61,061 nt of DNA from Thermoplasmatota archaeon (GTDB lineage: Archaea > Thermoplasmatota > Poseidoniia > Poseidoniales > Thalassarchaeaceae), in NCBI GenBank assembly GCA_036154155.1, contig JAYZLP010000002.1, positions 1 through 61,061 of the forward strand, given 5' to 3'. This document shows, in pieces, positions 45,796 through 54,315 of this stretch. A program made the position numbers and the translations under genes. The notes below the pieces were generated by a model. It did not search any database. It was not told where the DNA came from and saw nothing but the letters and a program-made list of their open reading frames with translations. Every line of letters starts with the position of its first letter. The stretch's first letter is position 1.

Positions 45796-46767
45796 TCATG
45801 TCAGAATATTGACCCCATCTGCGCCTAGTTTGGAAATTAACGGCCTGCCACCAGCAATCTCGATTGCCTCAGCGACTCTTCGAGGATCTCTAGTAAGGGA
45901 GACCATGCACCCCCCTCCTCCGGCCCCAGTTAGCTTCACTCCAAGCGAATGAGGCCTTGCTGCCTCGATTAGACTCTCTAGCTCCGGGCTGCTGACATCT
46001 AGTGATTTGAGCCTCTCGTGGCATGCATTCATTGCGATTCCAACCCCTTCAAGATTCCCAGCAGAAAGCGCGGCCAACCCTGCATGGGTGATTTTTCCTA
46101 TGGCCTCCATTTCCGTTTCTTTAGAGGGTTCTTTCTGGAGGAGGCTCGCAACCCCGGCTACCATCCGGCCGGTAGGGGAGCCAATCCCAGTGAATCCAAG
46201 CACTATCCATGCACCTAGCCCTTCAGGCACGATGGCCCTGCTTATCGACCAAGTCCTCTCGCCCTCTGGAGTTTCTAGACTGGCATCGAAAATATGTGTG
46301 GTTCCACTTACTAGTTCCCCCGAGACAACAACACACCCGCCCAAGGCGCTCGTCGCAGTATCGGTGGGGCTCGCCCTCCCCTTCTGCGCAATAGCCTCGG
46401 CAGAGTGCCCCATCCTAGCAAGTCCAATCCTGTCGAGTTCGCCGTCAGGGTCGATATGGAATTGTAGCGCTGCTCCCATCGCGTTAGAAATCGCAGCGGA
46501 AGAACCAAGTCCAGCAGCCGAGAAAAGACCGCTCTTTACGTCTATTTCCAGTGGCACCCCGTTGTATTTGAAAACGTCCCTGAGTATATGCGTGATGTGA
46601 GGGTGGCGACTCGGGTCAAAATCCATCCCCTCTATCGTCCATTTGGAAGACTCCCTGATTGAAACCTCCACTCCAGCGTCTATGGCTACTGCAACAGCGG
46701 GGTGCCCATAGACCACAGCATGCTCCCCGAAGAGTATACATTTTCCCGGAGCGAACGCACGCGCCAT
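45796..46767 (-). CDS. mvk: Mevalonate kinase
   Basis: APGKCILFGEHAVVYGHPAVAVAI, GLGSSAAISNA and KLTGAGGGGCMV. ATG 46767 was chosen; the longest ORF begins at TTG 46815. Confidence 0.85.
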   Translation of the reverse strand: MARAFAPGKCILFGEHAVVYGHPAVAVAIDAGVEVSIRESSKWTIEGMDFDPSRHPHITHILRDVFKYNGVPLEIDVKSGLFSAAGLGSSAAISNAMGAALQFHIDPDGELDRIGLARMGHSAEAIAQKGRASPTDTATSALGGCVVVSGELVSGTTHIFDASLETPEGERTWSISRAIVPEGLGAWIVLGFTGIGSPTGRMVAGVASLLQKEPSKETEMEAIGKITHAGLAALSAGNLEGVGIAMNACHERLKSLDVSSPELESLIEAARPHSLGVKLTGAGGGGCMVSLTRDPRRVAEAIEIAGGRPLISKLGADGVNILT

Positions 46768-46949
46768 GATGCTCGCTGAGGCATAGGGGAAATGAGGGTT
46801 GGGTTCTGAAAACAATCGGTTCTATAGACTCGGTGTAGTAATTTGCATCTACTCTCTCAATTATTACCTGTTGCTTTAATTATTGCACCTGCCTCAAGGA
46901 CACGCCGACACCCCAGAGGCCAGTAGATAGAACGGTGCGAGGTTTTCTC

Positions 46950-48992
46950 ATGGAACATCCACTCCTACAATCATATGGCTCCTTCGAGGGCTGGCAAATT
47001 CTGGCTATTATCGGCACTATTTCCATTGGTTTCTTCACATATCAAGTTCAGAAGGCAGTGCGTCTGGTGATGATAGGATCTTCGGATGACAGATTCGACT
47101 CATGGGGCACCAGGATTGGTGTTTTCCTTTCTGGCTGGCTAGGCCAGAAGAAAGTCCTGAGGGACAGGGTTGCAGGCACCATGCACGTTCTGATGTTCTG
47201 GGGCTTCTTGATGCTGGCATCTGACATGTTCGATTTGGCAACTGCAAATGCATTCTCAGAGCACGTCCTTCCCCAGGCCCTTAATGGCCCATGGAATGGC
47301 ATGGTCGAACTCGGCTACACCATGGCTCTCATTGGCTGTTCCGCCGCCCTTGTTAGGAGGGTGGCCTTCACGCCGGAGAAGCTGAAGGGAAAGCCACAGC
47401 TCGAGGGAAACGTCATCCTCCTCCTCATACTGACAATTACCACCACTTCATTCGTGGTTGAGTCCTATGAGGATCCATCTCCATTCTGGGAACCGTTCGG
47501 CCATATGTTCGCAGGAATGGGCCTCTCCGACACCACTGTTGTCATAGCCTACTGGGCCCATATGGTAGCAATTTCTGTGTTCCTTTTCCTAATCCCAGTC
47601 TCAAAGCACATGCATCTGGTAATGGCAGTGCCCAACGTATTCTTCCACGACATCGAGCCTCCCGGTAAGATGAGGCCTTTGGCAATCGGAGAAGACGGAA
47701 AGGCGGTGCCTTTGGAGGATCTGGACATAGACTCTTTCGGAGTCAGCTCCTACACCCAGTACTCGTGGAGGCAACTCATCGATGGTTGGTCATGCACATC
47801 CTGCGCCAGATGTCAGGACGTTTGTCCCGCATACGCATCAGGAAAGTCACTGAATCCGATGCAAGTAATTCATGATGTCCGGGACTATGCAAACGAGCAT
47901 GCCCCAATCCTTCTCTCAGGCGAGGAGCCATCGGAGACAATGATGACTAGGATTACAGAAGATGCTGTATGGGCGTGTACGACATGCAACGCATGTGTCG
48001 ATGTGTGCCCCCTATACATAGAGCATGTTCCAAAACTAACCGACCTCAGAAGGAACGCTATGATGGAGACCATGGAGTATCCAGAGGTCCTGAATACCGC
48101 CATGGGAAACATCGAATCTGCATCAAACCCCTATGGATTCGGAGCTCATGAGAGAGCGGACTGGGCATCAGATCTTGATGTCAAAGTAGGAGAGCCCGCC
48201 GAGTACATCTACTTCGTAGGATGCGCAGGAAGCTTCGATGAAAGGAACCAGAAAGTCGCAAGGTCCACAATTTCCCTTCTGAAGGAAGCAGGCTTGGATG
48301 TAGGCATATTGGGGATGCAAGAAGGATGTTCTGGTGACCCCGCCAGAAGAGCAGGCAATGAATACCTATTCCAGATGCTGGCCGAGACTAACATGATGAC
48401 TTTCCAAGAGCTTGGCGTCAAGAGGATAGTTGCCTCTTGCCCACATTGCTTCCATACCCTTGGCAAGGAGTATGGCGACTTTGGAGGGGATGAACTTGAG
48501 GTATTCCATCATTCGGAAATTATCGCCAAGTTACAGGAGGAGGGAAAGCTTCCCGATGCCGAGAAGAATGGACGAAGCGTGACATTCCACGACCCCTGTT
48601 ATTTGGGGAGGATGGGAGGAGTTGTTGAAGAGCCCAGATCAGTTATTGGAGGGGTCGACGTGGAACCAGAAAGACACGGCAAGTCATCCTTCTGCTGTGG
48701 AGCAGGGGGCGCCCAGATGTGGATGGAGGAAGACGCGGATAAGAGGGTTAACGAGATCAGGGCCGCTGAATTGGCAGAGACTGGCTGCGACACCGTCGCC
48801 GTCGGGTGCCCATTCTGCTCGGTCATGGTAAAGGACGGATTGGATGCAGTGGGGGCAGAGATGGAAGTCCTCGACGTCGCAGAACTACTATGGGAACAAA
48901 TCGTAGCCAAGGATAAAGAAATTCATGACAACTCTACGAATAGGACTGGAAAGGCTAGGATATGGAAATCTTCTATCTCTGATTTAGTTTGA
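46950..48992 (+). CDS. Membrane-bound Fe-S oxidoreductase: N-terminal 6-TM domain fused to HdrD/GlcF-like 2x[4Fe-4S] + 2xCCG domains (EtfD-like)
   Basis: Six N-terminal helices. CTSCARCQDVCP and CTTCNACVDVCP ferredoxin motifs. Cys-rich CCG-type segments (VGCAGS, SCPHC, CCGAGG, GCPFC). Confidence 0.8.
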   Translation: MEHPLLQSYGSFEGWQILAIIGTISIGFFTYQVQKAVRLVMIGSSDDRFDSWGTRIGVFLSGWLGQKKVLRDRVAGTMHVLMFWGFLMLASDMFDLATANAFSEHVLPQALNGPWNGMVELGYTMALIGCSAALVRRVAFTPEKLKGKPQLEGNVILLLILTITTTSFVVESYEDPSPFWEPFGHMFAGMGLSDTTVVIAYWAHMVAISVFLFLIPVSKHMHLVMAVPNVFFHDIEPPGKMRPLAIGEDGKAVPLEDLDIDSFGVSSYTQYSWRQLIDGWSCTSCARCQDVCPAYASGKSLNPMQVIHDVRDYANEHAPILLSGEEPSETMMTRITEDAVWACTTCNACVDVCPLYIEHVPKLTDLRRNAMMETMEYPEVLNTAMGNIESASNPYGFGAHERADWASDLDVKVGEPAEYIYFVGCAGSFDERNQKVARSTISLLKEAGLDVGILGMQEGCSGDPARRAGNEYLFQMLAETNMMTFQELGVKRIVASCPHCFHTLGKEYGDFGGDELEVFHHSEIIAKLQEEGKLPDAEKNGRSVTFHDPCYLGRMGGVVEEPRSVIGGVDVEPERHGKSSFCCGAGGAQMWMEEDADKRVNEIRAAELAETGCDTVAVGCPFCSVMVKDGLDAVGAEMEVLDVAELLWEQIVAKDKEIHDNSTNRTGKARIWKSSISDLV

Positions 48993-49059
48993 AGTATCTC
49001 ATCTCTCTTCTCTGAAAAACCATAGAGAGGGTCATAAGCGAGAACTTCCGGCCAAGGAC

Positions 49060-49461
49060 ATGGATGAGACGTTCACTTTCTTCGGCATGACTGTACCAAA
49101 TCTAGCTAAAGCCGCTGGTGGAATCTTAGCTCTCTGGGGTTTAGCCGCTTACTTCTTGCAGAGTGCGGACCCCCCCTCAATCACTGCCATGATTCCCGCC
49201 TTCCTAGGTGCCCCACTCCTCCTTCTGGGAATATTGGCTGAGAGAAACGAGGCGAACCTTCACCATTACATGCACGCAGCCATGATAGTCGCCCTGCTGA
49301 TGGTTTTAGGTGGAGCACAAGGCCTAATCGACATTGGTGGGAAGTCCAATCTAGCAATAGGCTCCCACCTAATATTGGTCCTTATGGGGGCTATCTTCAT
49401 GACCGCAGGAATCATGTCCTTCAGGCACGCTCGGAAACTCAGGGAATCATCAGGTGTTTGA
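49060..49461 (+). CDS. Small membrane protein (4 TM), unknown function
   Basis: 133-aa hydrophobic ORF. The downstream gene starts immediately after its stop. Confidence 0.55.
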   Translation: MDETFTFFGMTVPNLAKAAGGILALWGLAAYFLQSADPPSITAMIPAFLGAPLLLLGILAERNEANLHHYMHAAMIVALLMVLGGAQGLIDIGGKSNLAIGSHLILVLMGAIFMTAGIMSFRHARKLRESSGV

Positions 49462-50151
49462 GTGCGTCCAGTAATCGGTATCACATGTTTCATGCGTGAT
49501 ACCCAGTATGGCAACTGGCAGAGGCATGCAGCAATATTGCCATCAGCATACGTTTCGATGATAGACAAGGCGGGTGGAACTCCTCGGATCATACCCCCTG
49601 CAGGGGACATGACACGACTCCTGAAAAGCATAGACGGACTCATCGTCTCAGGTGGGCCAGACGTCTCACCTTCCAGGTATGGTCAGGTTCCGGGACCTAT
49701 GACCAAGGAGTTCTACCCCGAACAGGATGAAACTGAGATCGCCCTAATTTCGTCAGCCTTGGAAATGGACATGCCCCTTCTTGGAGTCTGCAGGGGGATG
49801 CAGATTCTTAGCATAGCCCATGGAGGTTCACTACACCAGCATCTCGACGATACTCCCGGTCATGAGGGCCATGGCGGTTATGACGGGAAATCAACGGATC
49901 ATGGTGTCATCGTTGAGAAAGACTCGATTCTAGCAGGTCTCATGGGGACTACTTTCATGGTCAACTCAACACACCACCAGGGAGTCTCAGACCCAGGATC
50001 ACTAACCGTTACTGCAACCGCTGAACATGACGGTCTAATCGAAGCGGTCGAGAGAAGGGACAAGAAATTCTGTCTGGGAGTTCAGTGGCACCCCGAACGA
50101 AAGGGACATGACTTACTGTTCGCTGCCCTAGTTGAAGCAGCGAGGGGTTGA
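49462..50151 (+). CDS. Peptidase C26 / gamma-glutamyl hydrolase-type class I glutamine amidotransferase (PuuD-like)
   Basis: PVIGIT..., LLGVCRGMQIL (Cys), HHQ, and GVQWHPE. A GTG start directly follows the upstream TGA. Confidence 0.8.
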   Translation: MRPVIGITCFMRDTQYGNWQRHAAILPSAYVSMIDKAGGTPRIIPPAGDMTRLLKSIDGLIVSGGPDVSPSRYGQVPGPMTKEFYPEQDETEIALISSALEMDMPLLGVCRGMQILSIAHGGSLHQHLDDTPGHEGHGGYDGKSTDHGVIVEKDSILAGLMGTTFMVNSTHHQGVSDPGSLTVTATAEHDGLIEAVERRDKKFCLGVQWHPERKGHDLLFAALVEAARG

Positions 50152-50178
50152 TGACGGGTAAGCCCAGCAGAAAGGCCG

Positions 50179-51612
50179 ATGGCGCTTAGGGTATACGACA
50201 CTCGTTCACGCACAAAGCGCGAGCTTGTTCCATTGATAGAGGGGCAAATCGGCATCTATGCATGCGGGATTACTCCGTATTCCCCCAGCCACATAGGGCA
50301 CGCTAGACAGGCAGTTGCCTTCGACATAATCGTTAGGTGGATTCGCAAGAGCGGACTAGAAGTAAATTACATCGCCAACTTCACAGACATCGATGACAAG
50401 ATTATCGCCGTCTCCTCCGAAGAGGGGGTCGATTTCTTGGAAGTTGCAAATAGGAATATCGAAGACTACTTCGAAGTGATGGATGCCTTGAATGTGATTA
50501 GGGCTGATGCATACCCCCGCGTCACAGAGACAATCCCTGAGATCATAGAAATGATAGGCGATCTAATCGACAAGGGATTCGCATACGTCGCCAACGATGG
50601 TGTTTACTTCGAAATAGACAAAGCACCTGAGAAATATGGCCAATTGACAGGGCAGACATTGGAGATGGTAAGGGAGGGAGCCGGAGGAAGGGTTGACGAG
50701 ACGGGATCGGGAAAGAGAGACCACAGGGACTTTGCACTGTGGAAATCAGCCAAGTCAGGAGAGCCAAGCTGGGATAGCCCATGGGGCCCTGGAAGGCCCG
50801 GTTGGCACATTGAATGCTCTGCGATGTCTCTCAAACACCTAGGCGAGAGATTCGACATTCACGGAGGGGGTTCAGACTTGATGTTCCCTCATCATGAGGC
50901 AGAGATTTTCCAATCCGAATGCTGTTTAGGTCATGAACCAGTTGTCCAGTATTGGTTGCACAATGGAATGATCAACGTCGACGGAGAGAAGATGAGTAAG
51001 TCAGAAGGAAACTTCTGGACCGTCAAAGACGCCTTGCAGCAGGTCGATCCACTCGTTCTCAGGTATACTCTGATAAATGCGCCATATCGCCAGCCAGTGG
51101 ACTTTAACCCAGTAATGATAGAAGACTCTAGGTTGAATCATGGAAGGTTGCTGAGGGCCTATTCAGAGGGCCTATCCCTGGCAGGTTCAGGAGACTGGTC
51201 GGATAACGGACACCTATCAGAAGCCGCCGAGAGGCTCTCCTCTGGGATGAATGACGACTTTAACACTCGAGTAGCATTGGTGGAAGTTCAGACGGTCGCC
51301 AAATCACTCAGACAGATGATCGAGTCTGACTCCGATAAGTCAGAGATTTCTGCTGCAGTGGGTTGGCTCTCAGAGTTTGCAGGCAACGTTCTCGGAATTC
51401 TTCCTTCCGATGAAAAGGCATTGTCAATCACTGCTACACAAGCAGCAGCCCGCTCTGAAATATCCTCGGTTGTAGAGGACCTATTGGAAGAGAGGGAGTC
51501 CGCGAGGCTGTCGAAGAACTGGTCAAGGGCGGACGAGATAAGGGACGAGCTCATTTCCATGGGTGTAGTCGTTGAGGACGGGGCCGAAGGGCCGACATGG
51601 AGAATAGAGTGA
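50179..51612 (+). CDS. cysS: Cysteinyl-tRNA synthetase
   Basis: YACGITPYSPSHIGHAR (HIGH), GWHIECS, and KMSKSEGN (KMSKS). Confidence 0.95.
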   Translation: MALRVYDTRSRTKRELVPLIEGQIGIYACGITPYSPSHIGHARQAVAFDIIVRWIRKSGLEVNYIANFTDIDDKIIAVSSEEGVDFLEVANRNIEDYFEVMDALNVIRADAYPRVTETIPEIIEMIGDLIDKGFAYVANDGVYFEIDKAPEKYGQLTGQTLEMVREGAGGRVDETGSGKRDHRDFALWKSAKSGEPSWDSPWGPGRPGWHIECSAMSLKHLGERFDIHGGGSDLMFPHHEAEIFQSECCLGHEPVVQYWLHNGMINVDGEKMSKSEGNFWTVKDALQQVDPLVLRYTLINAPYRQPVDFNPVMIEDSRLNHGRLLRAYSEGLSLAGSGDWSDNGHLSEAAERLSSGMNDDFNTRVALVEVQTVAKSLRQMIESDSDKSEISAAVGWLSEFAGNVLGILPSDEKALSITATQAAARSEISSVVEDLLEERESARLSKNWSRADEIRDELISMGVVVEDGAEGPTWRIE

Positions 51613-51615
51613 ACC

Positions 51616-54216
51616 CTACTCTTCCTCTATGCCCGAATCACCCATAACACGCCCTCTCAGGTTGTTGTTTATGGTGGCCACAGAGCCAATTATCACAGCC
51701 AAAGCGACAAATATCGCCACCCAATAAAACGGACCGTCCATCCAGGACTCCTCCTCGGTATCTTCCGCACCTTGATTATCTGAAGGCTCATCGGAGGAAA
51801 CCTCCACGAAAACGACGTCATGCCTGCATTCTAACCAGTCTTCATTCGAGGAGGGAACTAGGGCATCGGTGCAAATCCTTCCTGGGACCGTAAATGAGTC
51901 AGCCACCTCAAGGTTACAGAACTGTGTCATGAACCACGAGGAGATGCACTCCTCGGTGTCCTGCATCACCACTAGGATGGAGCCGCAGAGTATCATTTCT
52001 CCCTCCGCAGCATCTGGTATTCCACCTGAAACGCATTCTTCGATGTGAATCCCCTCAGGTATTGTTGTGGGATGCGGAATAGAGCCACCTCTCGGGCCAA
52101 ACGTAGGGAAAGTCGTTGGAAGGTCAGGAGGAGGTGTAGCCGGAACATTGTTGCCCCCGTTGCCATTTCCTGTGAGATTGGTCTCAATCGGTTCGGCACC
52201 ACCAACTGTGCCACCAACCCTGTGGCCGTTTTCGTCAAGCTCAATGTCGTAGTAATCTGACCATAGGTCGATTGACCGGTCTTTCTGGAATGTCAGAGAA
52301 CGATTCAGAACGTCGAAGTATCGATCATCACCGAGTGTGAATAGGTACTCAATTGGAACGCTCTTTCCTTGATTACAGTCCTGCAGATAAGCAAACATCT
52401 CTGCGAATGTCTGCTGGGCCTCAGGGACTCCATCATAGGTTATGTCGGTCGCCTTTCTGAAGCCATCGCCCTCGATAACCTCGACCTCGTTATCCATGGC
52501 TTGCATGATATCGACGTCCCCGAAAACTGGAAGTCCGCCCACCACAACCAGCCTGATATCAGGATCCACTGCATTTATCGCGTTGCGATATGGATCTGCT
52601 TCGAAGGTATCCAGCACCACCAAATCAGCAGCGAGCCCCTCCTGGATCCTCCCCGTGTTTCCTGACCAACCTATGGCGTCTACGACATTCGTCGTTATGG
52701 TCTGTAACAATTCGTAGTCTGAGAAAATGTCTCCAAGAACGTTTTCATCCCACCAGTCAGCGGTCTTGAGCTCATGCAAAGAGCTCTTAGAGCCCGAAGG
52801 CGACCAATCTGGTCCGATCATTATGTTGACACCTTCAGCCTTCGCCGTGGCAATGTCCGTGGTTTCACCATACAACAGAAGATTGGATGTCGGCGACCAA
52901 GCGAGGCTACCCCCAACGTCGCCCAAAGCTGAGAACTCTGGTTGGGTCAGGCCAGTCCCATGAATTACCACTATTTCTCCCACAAGCAGATCGTTCTGTA
53001 CAAGTACGTCAAACTCGGCTCTGCTGGACTCATCTATCCCCTCGGCAAGGTGGATGAACCAGGCATCAAGGTTCCCCGATGAATTCCCGTCCTTGATGTG
53101 ATTCCCCTCATAGTCCGATTCTAATTCAGTCACCTTGGTCCAGATATTATCCCCTCCAAAGTTGTAGAGCTCAATGTTCCTAGCGAGCATCGTCTCGAAA
53201 GTGTCAGTATTGGAGGTCGAACTCCCCTGCAATGCGGTATTGCCACCAGCGACCGCTCTCAATTCTGCAAATCTCATCGCCGAAGAGTCGTAGAGTGAGC
53301 ATCCAATGTCCTTAGCATCGCTGTATCCAGAGTATGACTGCCATTGGTATCTATTGTCCCACCCATCGGTCCCATGATCCCACAATGGTATGAGGTTGTA
53401 CTTTGCATGATTGTGAGGGTCCACAAATCCAGGGTAAATCGTACCACTAGTGGGTACGTGCACTACTCCCTCAGCCGCAGCGGGAGCATCTTCCGAGGAA
53501 CTCCATACGGCCTCTATCATCCCATCTCTGACCAATACCCTACCATCGTCAATGATATCATCCTGAGCTACCATTGTGACAACTCTGCCTTCGAGTACAT
53601 ACTGTCCATTGTGTACGTGGTCCTGAGGGGGGTAACAATTGCCCATTAGGTGGTTAACCCCGACCCACTCCTCACTGTTTGAGCCCCCTGGGGTGGGGCT
53701 CCCTTCCGAAAGCTTCGACCAAGTTCCACTTGAGTCATATCCGTAGGGTATCCCGTAATCAGAATCCTCGGCTTCATAGCTGACAGAATCAACAACTGAA
53801 CCAGACCCGTCAAGGATCGAGACTGTGTCACCGGCGAAGTAGTCGAACTCTATGTTAGTCTGTGCCCTGTAGAATACTAGGTATGCCCCGGAATCAATTA
53901 CCGTGCCCCAAGCAATGCTGCACATGGGGGAACCGCCGTCCGCTATGTCGTCAATCCACCAGCCTCCGATGTCCACCGCCTCCTCAGATGGGTTGTGCAA
54001 CTCGACGAACTGGTTAGAGTATCGACTAATCTCGCCGTCCCCATTCCAGTCTATCCCCCCATACGCCTCACTATTTGGTGAGACATAGATTTCGTTGATG
54101 TAAATCGAATCTGAGGAGGACGAGCCGTCCGATGTGTTCTGGCCCGATGCCAGCATCGCCGGGCTTAAGCTGGTTATTACAATCAGGAGGGCGGCAGTCA
54201 TCACAGAGGCTCGCAT
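51616..54216 (-). CDS. Secreted, C-terminally anchored lamin-tail-domain (LTD) + amidohydrolase-superfamily protein
   Basis: Signal peptide from ATG 54216. LTD-like segment IYINEIYVSPN...NQFVELHNPSEEAVDIGGWWIDD. Amidohydrolase motifs PGFVDPHNHAKYN, HLAEG, VVIHGTG and GPDWSPSG. A C-terminal TM (WVAIFVALAVIIGSVATI). Confidence 0.75.
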   Translation of the reverse strand: MRASVMTAALLIVITSLSPAMLASGQNTSDGSSSSDSIYINEIYVSPNSEAYGGIDWNGDGEISRYSNQFVELHNPSEEAVDIGGWWIDDIADGGSPMCSIAWGTVIDSGAYLVFYRAQTNIEFDYFAGDTVSILDGSGSVVDSVSYEAEDSDYGIPYGYDSSGTWSKLSEGSPTPGGSNSEEWVGVNHLMGNCYPPQDHVHNGQYVLEGRVVTMVAQDDIIDDGRVLVRDGMIEAVWSSSEDAPAAAEGVVHVPTSGTIYPGFVDPHNHAKYNLIPLWDHGTDGWDNRYQWQSYSGYSDAKDIGCSLYDSSAMRFAELRAVAGGNTALQGSSTSNTDTFETMLARNIELYNFGGDNIWTKVTELESDYEGNHIKDGNSSGNLDAWFIHLAEGIDESSRAEFDVLVQNDLLVGEIVVIHGTGLTQPEFSALGDVGGSLAWSPTSNLLLYGETTDIATAKAEGVNIMIGPDWSPSGSKSSLHELKTADWWDENVLGDIFSDYELLQTITTNVVDAIGWSGNTGRIQEGLAADLVVLDTFEADPYRNAINAVDPDIRLVVVGGLPVFGDVDIMQAMDNEVEVIEGDGFRKATDITYDGVPEAQQTFAEMFAYLQDCNQGKSVPIEYLFTLGDDRYFDVLNRSLTFQKDRSIDLWSDYYDIELDENGHRVGGTVGGAEPIETNLTGNGNGGNNVPATPPPDLPTTFPTFGPRGGSIPHPTTIPEGIHIEECVSGGIPDAAEGEMILCGSILVVMQDTEECISSWFMTQFCNLEVADSFTVPGRICTDALVPSSNEDWLECRHDVVFVEVSSDEPSDNQGAEDTEEESWMDGPFYWVAIFVALAVIIGSVATINNNLRGRVMGDSGIEEE

Positions 54217-54315
54217 GACCAACGAAGCAGCGCTCCCAGTTTTGAACCCCACCGCCCTGCATCGCAGGGCGCATCACGTGCGAAGTGCGAAATAGCACTC
54301 TGCTAACCCATACTC

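Noticed and set aside
45509-45952. 147-aa plus-strand ORF bridging the tbp start and the mvk end
   Set aside because: It runs antisense through two well-supported genes and their promoter spacer, with no motifs. It is a shadow ORF.
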